Positions 8,962-18,686 of a stretch of DNA of 64,000 bases are shown here, one piece after another. The stretch's first letter is position 1, and the number at the start of each line of letters is the position of its first letter. The stretch is from positions 186,001-250,000 of the IMG/VR virus record IMGVR_UViG_3300042922_000643; one strand, written 5' to 3'. The position numbers were made by a program, and so were the translations under genes. A model generated the notes under the pieces. The model was not told the DNA's origin. It saw only the letters and a program-made list of their open reading frames with translations, and ran no database searches.

Positions 8962-10914
8962 ATGAACAAATTTTTCGCAGGCGTACAAAACGGTATCTAC
9001 ACTCAGTCCATCAAAGCTTCTGACCTGGTCAATGACAAGAAGCTGCAATCCGAGCTGGTAAGCCAAGCAATCTCTGAAGGCAAAGCATTCTCGATCACTT
9101 CGAATGATAAGCAGATGAAGACAGACGTGGCTCGTACGATGCAAAGTCAGTTCTCGGCTCGGGTTCAAGCATTGGTAGACTCTGCAATTGAACTGGAATC
9201 CACAGAGATTCTGGATCAGCTGCGTGAGGATGGCAAGATTGCCAAGGAAGTCTTTGAGTATGTAGAAGACCTGTATACCTCCCGCCTCGAAGAAATCCGC
9301 AACCCTTATGTTCCTGCTGCGGAAGTTATGATTGAAAAAGGTGTGAACCTCACCAAAGAACAAGTGCTGGCTCAAATGATGTCGATGGGTCTGATGCTGC
9401 ATGAAACTTGCATCACACCTGCTGGTGAAGGCGTAATCGTTGCGTTTGAAGCGACTGCAAGTGGCACCATTGCAGCTGTCTCCGTTGATGGTGCATCCCC
9501 ACGTCGCTATATGGCTACAAAGCTGGAAGGTCAAGGATTCCAAAACCAAACTCAAGGAGTGATTTCGATGGTAAACAAGAACGTACAATCTCAGGTGGCA
9601 ATCAGCAACGACAACAACAATACAATCAAAGGAGAAGTGAAAACAATGATGAACAACAATGTGAGTGAAGAGGCTAAGTCGATGGTAGAAAAAGCAATCC
9701 TGGGTGAAGTGTCCGAGAACATGCTGAATGACGAAGAATATGCTGAGCTGGTTGAACTGCGTTTGAACATGAGCGCTGAAGATCGTGAAGCATTGGCCGA
9801 TGCAAAGATCCAGCAAGAACTGGCTGCCTTGGCTCAGCAGGAAGATGCAGGTAAAGAAGAAGTGGCTAAGCTGGCGAACTCCGAAGCTGCTCAAGCATTC
9901 TTGGCACTGGCTGGAAGCGCACCAGCTCCAAAGGCTACTGAAGGCGAAGTTAAAGCCCCAGTAACTGGCGGAGCTCCTGTCATTGCCGCTAACCAACGCA
10001 ACAACCGTTCCAACAACACTACTCGTCAAGCTGCTGCCGCTGCTAGCCAACCACAAAACAACCAACCAAAAGGAGAAGTGAAAACAATGACAACAACTAC
10101 TAATAACAATGCAGGTAACAACAACAATGCAGGTTTCCAATCCGTACAGTCTTCCGCATTCTCGGGTGCAAATGCTGGTGCAGGCCGTTCTGCTAACACT
10201 ACACTGGAATTCGCATTCGGTGGAGCTAATACTGCTGCAACTGTACAGGGATGGGAAAACATTGAGTCCAAGCTGGCTGAAATCAACTTGGATGAATATG
10301 TAGGCCGCGGCACTAACGGTAACCAAGATTTCGTATGGTATGTACAAGAAGCTGCTAAATATGAAGGAATGATGATGGACCTGACTACTCTGCAAGAAAA
10401 CGCAATGGCTAACCCTGAGCTGGGTATCACTGCGATCAAATTCTACACTCCTGCTTCTGTTGCTGCTCTGTACAACCGTCAGCCAAACGAAAAAGACTTC
10501 ATCGTCGTTGAAGTGTTCTTCGGTCTGACTTCTTACGAGTTCACTTTCCGTCGTGGTACTTCCAACCGTGATTCCAAGCCTTACATCTACAGCAACAACA
10601 TCGCTCGTAAACAAGCTAAGAACAGCGCTAACTTCTATTGCGAATATGTTTCTTCCCGTCGTACTGACAAGCTGACTATCGTTCAACAAGCTGATGGCAC
10701 TTTCCGTGAAGCTCGTAAAGTATGGGAAAACGGCACACAAGTGATCCACACTGAAGATGCTCCATTCGCAGTTGAAGTGGGCGGCGACACTTGGGTGAAC
10801 GTAGCTCCTAACTACGGTATCAAGATTGGTCAGGCTGTATTCGTTCAAATCATGTTGCTGGTTGACGAAGTATCGGGTCTGAAAGGATTCCGCGACGCAA
10901 AAGCTAACAACTAA
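8962..10914 (+). CDS. large hypothetical protein with Ala/Asn/Gln/Thr low-complexity middle and internal in-frame RBS+ATG sites
   Basis: 650 aa; internal RBS-ATG at 9568, 9646 and 10087. Confidence 0.8.
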   Translation: MNKFFAGVQNGIYTQSIKASDLVNDKKLQSELVSQAISEGKAFSITSNDKQMKTDVARTMQSQFSARVQALVDSAIELESTEILDQLREDGKIAKEVFEYVEDLYTSRLEEIRNPYVPAAEVMIEKGVNLTKEQVLAQMMSMGLMLHETCITPAGEGVIVAFEATASGTIAAVSVDGASPRRYMATKLEGQGFQNQTQGVISMVNKNVQSQVAISNDNNNTIKGEVKTMMNNNVSEEAKSMVEKAILGEVSENMLNDEEYAELVELRLNMSAEDREALADAKIQQELAALAQQEDAGKEEVAKLANSEAAQAFLALAGSAPAPKATEGEVKAPVTGGAPVIAANQRNNRSNNTTRQAAAAASQPQNNQPKGEVKTMTTTTNNNAGNNNNAGFQSVQSSAFSGANAGAGRSANTTLEFAFGGANTAATVQGWENIESKLAEINLDEYVGRGTNGNQDFVWYVQEAAKYEGMMMDLTTLQENAMANPELGITAIKFYTPASVAALYNRQPNEKDFIVVEVFFGLTSYEFTFRRGTSNRDSKPYIYSNNIARKQAKNSANFYCEYVSSRRTDKLTIVQQADGTFREARKVWENGTQVIHTEDAPFAVEVGGDTWVNVAPNYGIKIGQAVFVQIMLLVDEVSGLKGFRDAKANN

Positions 10915-10928
10915 TATCCATTCACCAT

Positions 10929-10954
10929 GGGGAGTCCTTCGGGGCTCCTCTTTT
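10929..10954 (+). terminator. rho-independent terminator
   Basis: GGGGAGTCC-TTCG-GGGCTCCTC followed by TTTT. Confidence 0.8.
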
Positions 10955-10974
10955 ATTTTAAATTAGAGGAGACG

Positions 10975-11580
10975 ATGAAAATGATTAAACTCTTACCCAT
11001 AGCTCCAACATTAGAGATTAAAAAACCTGAAGACAAAATGCTCTCGGATATCTTTTGTGATATTCGTCAATATGTAGATAGTGAGCTCTGTGCTATTTGC
11101 TTGGTTGAGTTTAGTAGTGAATTGTCTGCGGATGGGGCGACCATTGAATTTTATAGTACAAAAGAGTCAGATGAATTGATCTACTCTCGCATCAAATTAG
11201 GTACGGGGCTCAAGGGAAATCCTGAGCTGTTAGTTATTAGCTATGCCCATGAGATAGGACATCTAGAGGATATCATTATGAATTTTGATAGCAAGTTGAA
11301 TGCTTATTCCGAGGTTTGTGGTGAACCAGGGAATCCTGAAGCTGAGCTCAGGGGAGAGGATCGGGCCTGGCTGAGATCTATCGATCTATTACACAGGCAT
11401 AAGTTTGCTCTATGGTCTTCTTTTTTGGATTGTGTCCAAAGTTCTTTGTTCACCTATGTCGAAGAAATGATGTTGTCTCGTCAAGATCAACACAGGCTTT
11501 TAACAAGTATGATGTCACGCTATCAGAAGAAAATTGATAGTTTGGTTCTTGAGCCCGAAACGAGCGAACGCGAGGCATAG
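10975..11580 (+). CDS. HExxH zinc metallopeptidase-like protein (ImmA/IrrE-like motif)
   Basis: ISYAHEIGH plus downstream E..AW; GAGGAG RBS before ATG 10975. Confidence 0.6.
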   Translation: MKMIKLLPIAPTLEIKKPEDKMLSDIFCDIRQYVDSELCAICLVEFSSELSADGATIEFYSTKESDELIYSRIKLGTGLKGNPELLVISYAHEIGHLEDIIMNFDSKLNAYSEVCGEPGNPEAELRGEDRAWLRSIDLLHRHKFALWSSFLDCVQSSLFTYVEEMMLSRQDQHRLLTSMMSRYQKKIDSLVLEPETSEREA

Positions 11581-11799
11581 GGCGACTTGCTGTAAGCAGT
11601 GGAAACCTAAAGACGTAGACACGTCGGTGGACGGCCTGAGGACCCTACGTGGTTAGGGCCTTCGGCAGGTTCATCGCCTACGGCTGATCGCTGATGGCGG
11701 TAACAAACCCGTGGCGGTAACACCCTCACCCTTTTTTTCATAAAGAGGTGGGTGATTTCGGTAACAGGAATCAACGAGTCCGAGGAAAGGATGATCGAT

Positions 11800-12171
11800 A
11801 TGAAATGGCTGGAAGTGTATATGCAGGGGGAATTGCGGTATCAGGCACCGATTGTGGTCTTAACGAAGATTTATGATCGTGAAACGGGAGAGGGGTATAT
11901 TGCTTATCTCTCCGAGGAATCCTTTGAGGGATTGAAACATGCGGTTCGTAGTTGCGAATCGACTTGGAGTTTCACGTATAGTTCTGTGGCTGACTTTGAG
12001 ACCCTGGTCTATGCGGCGACAGATTCGGTGAATAAGCTGCTGAAAAGCGCAAGGCATGGCTGGTGTCACCTACAGAATGCCTCGGACAAGAGGTTCGGGG
12101 TATCTTATGTGGTCGTGGACATCAATAATAGCGTGGCGGTGTCGTACCTGAGCGATATGGAGGACGAATAG
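11800..12171 (+). CDS. small protein with C-terminal N-x6-L-x-D/E motif
   Basis: ends DINNSVAVSYLSDMEDE. Confidence 0.7.
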   Translation: MKWLEVYMQGELRYQAPIVVLTKIYDRETGEGYIAYLSEESFEGLKHAVRSCESTWSFTYSSVADFETLVYAATDSVNKLLKSARHGWCHLQNASDKRFGVSYVVVDINNSVAVSYLSDMEDE

Positions 12172-12172
12172 G

Positions 12173-12547
12173 ATGAGGTATCTAGTCAGTCTCTTAACAG
12201 GAGAGAAGTACCAGATTATCGCGATGGAGAAAGCGCTGGAGCGGGGCTATGTCTGGGTGGGTGTACTGGCGACGCGTGATCGAGTCGTCTCTGACTTTGG
12301 GCGGGAGCAGGCCTATGGTGTGGGCGAACTGAGTGAAGCTCGGTGCCTTTACCTGGATGAGGAATACACGCATGTCTCTTTTGAAGAGATGATGCATCAT
12401 GCAGGCAACAGGTTCTACTGGATACGGTTTTTGATGGATATTCCGACGCTGGAGATCCAAGGCAAGGGGGCTGACGCTGCGGTGATCATCGCCGAAGAGT
12501 CAGGGAATGAAGTTTGCCTACGGCTCCTACAGGAGGTGGAGGAATGA
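12173..12547 (+). CDS. small protein with C-terminal motif
   Basis: ends SGNEVCLRLLQEVEE. Confidence 0.7.
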   Translation: MRYLVSLLTGEKYQIIAMEKALERGYVWVGVLATRDRVVSDFGREQAYGVGELSEARCLYLDEEYTHVSFEEMMHHAGNRFYWIRFLMDIPTLEIQGKGADAAVIIAEESGNEVCLRLLQEVEE

Positions 12548-12939
12548 AGCGGATACGCTTTACACGGCTAGAGACTGTCGTCGATAAAGAAGTCGTGGTG
12601 ATCAGCCAGGAGGAGAATCATGAGGGTCACTATTGGGTGCTTCATGAGGTTACCCCTGAAGAGATCGAATTGGATGCAAAGAATGGATATCCAGGGATCT
12701 TTGGGACCACAGGAGCGCCATTACGAGGGGAGCAGGTACTGTATGCCCGTCCAGGGTTTGACCTGTTTTCGGATGAAACCATTGGTGACTTGACCATGGA
12801 TAGTTCCAAGTATCGGTGGGAGAAAGTTAAACATTTGAGTGGTGTGGGGATGACAACGCAATCGCCCACCGAGCTGATGTTTTACGAGGATGATAGTAAT
12901 CAAGGATTTGTATCGATCCTGGAAGATATAGAGGAGTGA
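12544..12939 (+). CDS. small protein with C-terminal motif
   Basis: ATG 12544 after GGAGG; ends DSNQGFVSILEDIEE. Confidence 0.7.
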   Translation: MKRIRFTRLETVVDKEVVVISQEENHEGHYWVLHEVTPEEIELDAKNGYPGIFGTTGAPLRGEQVLYARPGFDLFSDETIGDLTMDSSKYRWEKVKHLSGVGMTTQSPTELMFYEDDSNQGFVSILEDIEE

Positions 12940-12943
12940 GGCA

Positions 12944-13084
12944 TTGCGAGTCATCATGATTCTCCTCATGGTCGGGATTGCCTTCGGCGCACTTGGACCT
13001 GTATTCTGGTTTGTGGCGGCGCTGTGGCTGATCCTGGCCTGTATTCAGAAGTACCGTGACTGGGAGAGGAGGCACAAGCTGTGA
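12944..13084 (+). CDS. small membrane protein (not in ORF track)
   Basis: GAGGAG RBS, TTG start, 46 aa hydrophobic (ILLMVGIAFGALGPVFWFVAALWLILAC). Confidence 0.5.
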   Translation: MRVIMILLMVGIAFGALGPVFWFVAALWLILACIQKYRDWERRHKL

Positions 13085-13497
13085 AGTTTTTAAAGATTAA
13101 GCAGGGAGCAGAGCTGTTTGGGAATTCCCTGGTCCCTGTTCACGCCATCATTGATCTGGGTCCCAATAGTAATTCAGAAAGAGGGCGGGATCGGCGGCGA
13201 TACCTATGGCTGATTACCTTACCTGAGCCGCTGATGAGGATCAGGTCTTCTCTTTCGGGGTACAGTGGGAGAACTAGCCTGGCAAGAGAGCTAAGGCGAT
13301 GGTACGATTTCCACGACATGTCAGGAGGGAGCTTTACCCTCTCTTATGTGGAGGCGAAGGTCTATCAGGATGAGGGGAGTCATTACGGTAACGATTTGCT
13401 GTGGATTCGTCCGAATGAAGTCGCTTATGTGGATGAGCTTGACGAAGAGCAGCTGGATAATGATCGCCTTGTAACGTACCTAGAGGAGGCGGAGTGA
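13081..13497 (+). CDS. paralog family A protein with C-terminal motif
   Basis: VPVHAIIDLG...YLWLITLP...LRRWYDFH; ends LDNDRLVTYLEEAE. Confidence 0.75.
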   Translation: MKFLKIKQGAELFGNSLVPVHAIIDLGPNSNSERGRDRRRYLWLITLPEPLMRIRSSLSGYSGRTSLARELRRWYDFHDMSGGSFTLSYVEAKVYQDEGSHYGNDLLWIRPNEVAYVDELDEEQLDNDRLVTYLEEAE

Positions 13498-13913
13498 TGA
13501 GTAAGTATCTACTTCGGCTGAACGAGGGAGCCCAGGCAATGGGACGGAGTTTCCTTGAGGTACATGCGATCATTGCCCTTGACGTGGGTGAGGGACGGTA
13601 TATTTATCTGATCTCCTTGCCGAAGGATCTGTCTTCGATGAAAGATTCCTTTCGCGGCTATGCCCTTCATCCTTCCGCATTGAATTCGAACCGAGTGAAG
13701 GAGCTACGGCACTTATATACCTTTCATACCGTTAGCTGCGCAGGATTCGAGGTGACCTACGCGGCAGACAAAGTGTACCGAGAACATGGAAGCGAGATCA
13801 CAGGGCGAAGAGACCTGATCTGGATTAACCCGCGAAAGAATGCGTATGTGGACTTGATCGAGCCCGACGCGCTGAACAACGAAATCTATGTGCAGTTACT
13901 GGAGGAGGGATAA
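13494..13913 (+). CDS. paralog family A protein with C-terminal motif
   Basis: LEVHAIIALD...YIYLISLP...LRHLYTFH; ends LNNEIYVQLLEEG. Confidence 0.75.
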   Translation: MMSKYLLRLNEGAQAMGRSFLEVHAIIALDVGEGRYIYLISLPKDLSSMKDSFRGYALHPSALNSNRVKELRHLYTFHTVSCAGFEVTYAADKVYREHGSEITGRRDLIWINPRKNAYVDLIEPDALNNEIYVQLLEEG

Positions 13914-13915
13914 CG

Positions 13916-14308
13916 ATGGGGGATCGTAGACAGTTCATCCTGCTGGATAAAGGTCCTGACTTTGCCGTCGGCGTTCCGATTCGGGTCTACTGTATGATCG
14001 AGGTGTGGGATAAGATCCTCTACCTGGTGGAAGAAGCGGACGTTTACCGCGACCAGAAGGGGACATTCTGCAAGCATTATGCAACCAATTCGGGGAGAGG
14101 GTCAAGTCATCGCGCTCTATGGTACGAAGAAGAAGTCTACGCGCGAGAAGGTACATCCTTACGGCCTGGACTCATTTGGATCTCCATTCGTGCGCCAGGA
14201 CGATTATCCCCCGAGGAACTGGCGAATACGGGAACGATTGACATGGCCACCGCGGAAGACCTCACGAATGAACAGGTCCTAGCAACCTTGGAAGAGGTGG
14301 AGCCATGA
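13916..14308 (+). CDS. family A-like protein with C-terminal motif
   Basis: EEEVYAREG...LIWI; ends LTNEQVLATLEEVEP. Confidence 0.7.
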   Translation: MGDRRQFILLDKGPDFAVGVPIRVYCMIEVWDKILYLVEEADVYRDQKGTFCKHYATNSGRGSSHRALWYEEEVYAREGTSLRPGLIWISIRAPGRLSPEELANTGTIDMATAEDLTNEQVLATLEEVEP

Positions 14309-14691
14309 GGTGGGTGATGCTTCTGTGCGAGAAGAACAATCAGGTCGAGGGCGTTCTCTTTCCTGTGTTTCGTATTCTGGAATTCAGAGGAGGGACCCAT
14401 GCCTACTTAATCGGTATGCCTGATACCTACAAGAGTCAGAGGTCGTTCGATTATATGCGCAAACAGATTGAGGAGAGTCGCTTTATGATAGACACTACCT
14501 CTCAGGCTGCGTCGATGAAGACCACGTATGCCGCCAAACCCGAGTATGCGGCAGCAGGTCCTAGGGAGATTCCCAATACCTGCTGGGTGCATACCAGCCG
14601 CTCCGATGCCGAAAGCTTTGTGGATATCGAAGGTGTGCTAAACAACGAACAAGCGTTACAGTTCCTATATACAGAGGATATGCAGGAATAG
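14305..14691 (+). CDS. family A-like protein with C-terminal motif
   Basis: ends LNNEQALQFLYTEDMQE. Confidence 0.7.
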   Translation: MRWVMLLCEKNNQVEGVLFPVFRILEFRGGTHAYLIGMPDTYKSQRSFDYMRKQIEESRFMIDTTSQAASMKTTYAAKPEYAAAGPREIPNTCWVHTSRSDAESFVDIEGVLNNEQALQFLYTEDMQE

Positions 14692-14770
14692 AAATGGTTT
14701 GGGCCTATTATTGACCATATCATGTATATTGATTGCATAAACGATGCATAAAAGGAGGAAATCATGCATA

Positions 14771-15181
14771 ATGTATATTCAATGTACGGATCATACAGGG
14801 TATAGCTATACAGGGAAGGTATTGCACCAAGCCAAAGGGCAGCAGGGAATGTACTACAAGGTGGAACGTACCCCTGATCTTCAAGCCTTTATCGAGGAAC
14901 GGAACTATATCGTCATGACTTCCTTGTCCCAGACCTGCCCCACTCAGTACCGCGACCCTGATTACACGAGTCAAAAGTGGAACGATCAGGATCGCCCTTG
15001 GCTTCGACAGCTCAAGATGGAGGAAATCGGCATCACCATAACCATTCTCCCAGGCCTCAACAACGAGGATATGCTCCTCATGCTCCCCGATCAGGACGAC
15101 GATCAAGGGATGCAACCTGGCCGTAAATACCCAAATACTGGGGGTCTAGGTACTAAAGGTAAGAGAGGTTGGGGTTGGTAG
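14771..15181 (+). CDS. small protein with near-C-terminal motif
   Basis: GLNNEDMLLMLPDQDDD followed by a ~20 aa tail. Confidence 0.6.
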   Translation: MYIQCTDHTGYSYTGKVLHQAKGQQGMYYKVERTPDLQAFIEERNYIVMTSLSQTCPTQYRDPDYTSQKWNDQDRPWLRQLKMEEIGITITILPGLNNEDMLLMLPDQDDDQGMQPGRKYPNTGGLGTKGKRGWGW

Positions 15182-15333
15182 AGGTAGGATAGTGGCTGAA
15201 TCCCTTGCTGCGTAAGGGTTTATTCATTTTCGCACTTTGAAAGGGGTAAACACACGGGGTAAGGGATTTTTCTATGTTCCTGTACGTGTTAATATGTATA
15301 CATATGTATTAAAACACACAAAGGAGGTATAGT

Positions 15334-15735
15334 ATGCAATTTAGATATCCCATAACTAGTAAGACTATGATTATTACTGTGACTGAAGGTATCCTTGATA
15401 TCTCCTTTCTGAACTATTATGCTGAAATGCAGAGTAAAGCTTCTGTCTCTGATCTACATAGTATTATTGTGTTCCTTGAGTGTGTAGACTATCTTAAAGA
15501 TAAGGACTATACAAAGGAACTGGTTACGGATGCTGATGGGTATATTGTTCTCTATAGAGCTAAGGATGCAATATGGGCTCAATTTAAGATTGGTAAGCAT
15601 AGTGGGAAGTATGTCTGTGTCTATACGTATAATCCTTCTTATATAGGAGAGGGTTATATACAATATACTCCTGAATATCCTATGGAACAGAAGGTATTCC
15701 CGCCGCAGCCACCTAAGGAGGATAATCATGGATAA
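15334..15735 (+). CDS. paralog family B protein
   Basis: SDLHSIIVFLECVDYL helix; ends VFPPQP. Confidence 0.7.
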   Translation: MQFRYPITSKTMIITVTEGILDISFLNYYAEMQSKASVSDLHSIIVFLECVDYLKDKDYTKELVTDADGYIVLYRAKDAIWAQFKIGKHSGKYVCVYTYNPSYIGEGYIQYTPEYPMEQKVFPPQPPKEDNHG

Positions 15736-15876
15736 GAAGGAAATTCTGAGTAAGATCAAGTTGTTGCTGGGTAGCGAGCATCTTATTGACGATATCGATG
15801 ATGATGTTCTTGGTGTAGATCTTGTCATTTATTCAGGAGGGAAGGTATTTATACTCAATCTGAAGGAGGCGTAAGT

Positions 15877-16221
15877 ATGCGTGAGTTAACCAAGGTTGAA
15901 GGTTTGGTCTTGTATGATATCAGTACTCGCTATGATGTAATGGGTATCCGTACTGAGGATCATTGTACACGTTTTACTGATGTAGTAGATACGCTTAAAG
16001 AAGAAGGGCATGTGTATTCGGATGCCGCGACCATTTTGAATGAGCTTATTGAATTGGGCCTTATTGTTCTCGACGATCACATGCCGCTGTATTCCCCGAC
16101 CAAAGCAGGGAATAAGTACTGTGATGATATGATGGGATATTCGAACAATGAACCTGCCTATACGTGTTTATGCCGCGGGGCCAATTTCTGCATTCAGTGT
16201 AATCCGAAACAGTTTATGTAG
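15877..16221 (+). CDS. possible winged-helix protein with Cys-rich tail
   Basis: AATILNELIELGLI...YSPTKAG; CLC..CIQC. Confidence 0.6.
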   Translation: MRELTKVEGLVLYDISTRYDVMGIRTEDHCTRFTDVVDTLKEEGHVYSDAATILNELIELGLIVLDDHMPLYSPTKAGNKYCDDMMGYSNNEPAYTCLCRGANFCIQCNPKQFM

Positions 16222-16245
16222 GACATACATAAGGGAGGGTACATA

Positions 16246-16668
16246 ATGTCCATTCTGATGAAGAAGGATAACACAGGTTACAATAGTGTAATCCTGAATG
16301 AGTTTGGGTTAGTGCTGAATCAAGTAACGTATATCCCTGAGAATGAACGGGATATGTATGACGGCGAAGAAGAAATGATAAGACAGGTTGGTGTACGTTA
16401 CGAGGACCTGAATACGACTATTGCTGTACTCTCTGCTTTGCGTAATGCTAACGCTTTGGGATTAGAGGTTAAGGGCCTCTTCCTCCATAGGTATGATGAT
16501 GTCAATCATATTGTTACTCCTAGAGGAGATGACTATGTGGTTATTCATCGTATGCCTTTTCTTCCTACTATGGATATGTATCCTAATAGTGCTGGATATG
16601 CTGTTAGTTCTATTCATAAGGATATAAAGGTAGAGGTATTCCCGCCGCAACCAAAAGGGGAGGTGTAG
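16246..16668 (+). CDS. paralog family B protein
   Basis: EDLNTTIAVLSALRNANALGLEV; ends VFPPQP. Confidence 0.7.
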   Translation: MSILMKKDNTGYNSVILNEFGLVLNQVTYIPENERDMYDGEEEMIRQVGVRYEDLNTTIAVLSALRNANALGLEVKGLFLHRYDDVNHIVTPRGDDYVVIHRMPFLPTMDMYPNSAGYAVSSIHKDIKVEVFPPQPKGEV

Positions 16669-16669
16669 T

Positions 16670-17248
16670 ATGACCATTGAACTGCACAAGCTTGAGGTGG
16701 AACCTCTGGTCGGCGGCGTGTTGATCACCGAGCTGGGGTCTGGTAAATATGGTGATGAAGACGAAACGGTAGCTGTATATCAGAAAGATATTGATAACCT
16801 TGTCGTTGTTCTGCACGCTTATAGCAATATGCTTAAGTTCGGTATGGATATGAGTTTGGAACTTAAGGTATATCAAGAATACATTGTTGTTAACTACCTT
16901 GGTTCTGCCTATACGATTGTTGGTTATCTCTCTGTAGATACGTATAGCTCCCGTACATCCAACTCTCTTAAGTGTATAGGCGAGAGCATGTTCATAAAAG
17001 AAGGTCTGAAGAGTCTCCCGCAGCAGTCTACTGTTTCCAATTATGATGATCTGCAAGTAGGCTGGCATGTCGATATCGTAGATAAGGAGCATGGATTCTT
17101 TAATCGTTTGGGCCAGATTGTCGGTACCCGTGATGATAAGAGAAAATTCATGGTGTTCTTTGAATCAAACGTCTGCCAACCTACGGATATAACACTAGAG
17201 TTTCGTCGTGATCAGATTAAGCGTAGAGTCATGAGGGGAGAAGTGTAA
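16670..17248 (+). CDS. family B domain plus C-terminal SH3/KOW-like domain
   Basis: KDIDNLVVVLHAYSNMLKFG; LQVGWHVDIVD...GQIVG. Confidence 0.65.
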   Translation: MTIELHKLEVEPLVGGVLITELGSGKYGDEDETVAVYQKDIDNLVVVLHAYSNMLKFGMDMSLELKVYQEYIVVNYLGSAYTIVGYLSVDTYSSRTSNSLKCIGESMFIKEGLKSLPQQSTVSNYDDLQVGWHVDIVDKEHGFFNRLGQIVGTRDDKRKFMVFFESNVCQPTDITLEFRRDQIKRRVMRGEV

Positions 17249-17250
17249 CA

Positions 17251-17616
17251 GTGAAGTATCTTATGCTATTATCATTATTAATATCTGTCCCTGGCTGGGT
17301 TGCTTATCTCTGTGGTAAGCGTAATAGAGACTGGATGTGGATGAGCTGGTTCATCACGGGTATACTGATCTTCGCTATCTCTATTGGCTGGTTAATCGGC
17401 TACGATGTTAGCAGAGATAACTATAGGGAATATCAGGCTCTTCAGAGTACGATTACCATGGTGAGGGAACGCGGCGCTTCTGATATCGAAGAAGCTACGT
17501 TTATCCCTATGATCATGGACGCGAATTCATCTTTGGCTCATGCAAAGCGTGTGAGTAATACAATATTCCAAGACATGATCATGGATAAGTATGCTGACTG
17601 TGATTATCTGAAATGA
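17251..17616 (+). CDS. two-TM membrane protein
   Basis: two hydrophobic segments. Confidence 0.65.
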   Translation: MKYLMLLSLLISVPGWVAYLCGKRNRDWMWMSWFITGILIFAISIGWLIGYDVSRDNYREYQALQSTITMVRERGASDIEEATFIPMIMDANSSLAHAKRVSNTIFQDMIMDKYADCDYLK

Positions 17617-17625
17617 GGTATTGTT

Positions 17626-17853
17626 ATGAAACCTGAACAAGCGGCAATTCGTCGTCAACACAGTCGTAACATGGCTACACTTATTGCCGTACTTGATGAG
17701 TATTCTGCCTACAATCTTGATAAAGTAGCAGGTAATGATTGCTATCGAGTTGTAGTTCATAGCCAGTACGGACTTGGATCTCCAGAGCTGGTTGGTTCTC
17801 CCGAAGAAATTATAGAAAAATTGGCTGTCATGAGGCGAATTCGTTTTAGGTAA
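17626..17853 (+). CDS. small protein, paralog of the C-terminal domain of 18687..19256
   Basis: YRVVVHSQYGLGSPELVGSPEEIIEKLA vs YRVTLYNDYGLASPEMTGSASEILAKIA. Confidence 0.7.
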   Translation: MKPEQAAIRRQHSRNMATLIAVLDEYSAYNLDKVAGNDCYRVVVHSQYGLGSPELVGSPEEIIEKLAVMRRIRFR

Positions 17854-18218
17854 ACCGCCAACTATTTGAAAGGAGCGTTGTCTTATGCAACCTGTATTAG
17901 AAACGCCGAAGAAAGAACATGACTGGAAGCCTGGGCATTCCAAAGGGTATTCTCTGGGTTGCTCCCGATGTGGTATTACTACATCGATTCAATCTCCGAT
18001 ATGGAATACTGTAATTCACAGCGAATGTAAGCCTGAAGTGCAGCTATGATGGGATTTTCTTCCTGGCGACTTTACAGACCAGATGGAGCTGATAGTGAGC
18101 GGATACGTTCCCTATGTGCTCGTGAATTTCTGAAGTCATTCCGCAAAGACGATCATACTGTAATCATTACTGTCTCTAAGGATGGTTTATTTGTTACTCT
18201 TGTGGAAGGAGTATAACT

Positions 18219-18671
18219 ATGACTATAGACTTGTTTGAAGATAGGTGGAATTCTCTTTCTATTAGTAAGGAGACTACCTACAAGGGTGGTAGCAGCTATG
18301 TTCTTACGGGTGTTACTACAAACGAAGAGAATGACTTTACTTATGAAACAGAAGTTCCTCTTTATCCTCATGAGCTGGGTGAAGTCGTATCTAAGCTTCT
18401 TGTCTACTGTAAAGAACAAGGTATACATGTAGGTTTCCCGCCGACGGTAGGAGAGCCTGTGAGTCAGATTCTTTATGTGACAGCACTTGTACGTATTAAA
18501 GATCCTGAATATCCGTTGTATGGGAAAGAAGGATATGTGTCTTGTCTATCCATACCTTTGGATACAAATAATGAGTACTGTACGGTTGTGTTATTAACTA
18601 CTATGCACGAGGTCATTGTATTAAGATCTCAAGTAGAGGTAATCCCGCCAAAAATAAGCAGCACTATTTGA
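18219..18671 (+). CDS. hypothetical protein with C-terminal SH3-like domain
   Basis: VRIKDPEYPLYGKEGYV. Confidence 0.6.
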   Translation: MTIDLFEDRWNSLSISKETTYKGGSSYVLTGVTTNEENDFTYETEVPLYPHELGEVVSKLLVYCKEQGIHVGFPPTVGEPVSQILYVTALVRIKDPEYPLYGKEGYVSCLSIPLDTNNEYCTVVLLTTMHEVIVLRSQVEVIPPKISSTI

Positions 18672-18686
18672 AAGGAGCGTTACATA

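Noticed and set aside
8821-10848. 675-aa minus-strand ORF (also 6814..7635, 7909..8817, 43114..44211, 49067..49666 and other minus ORFs)
   Set aside because: Antisense shadows of strongly codon-biased + strand genes; no RBS, no recognisable motifs, opposite to the uniform gene orientation
11600-11680. Pistol-like CGTGGTTAGGGCC and hammerhead-like CTGAGGA/GAAAC
   Set aside because: No CCACG partner for pistol P1; the hammerhead cleavage triplet would end in G and stem II lacks GAAA
15195-15230. Palindrome CCCTT-GCTGCGT-AAGGG as an att or dif site
   Set aside because: Too short, no recombinase nearby, and no match to a dif consensus that I can support
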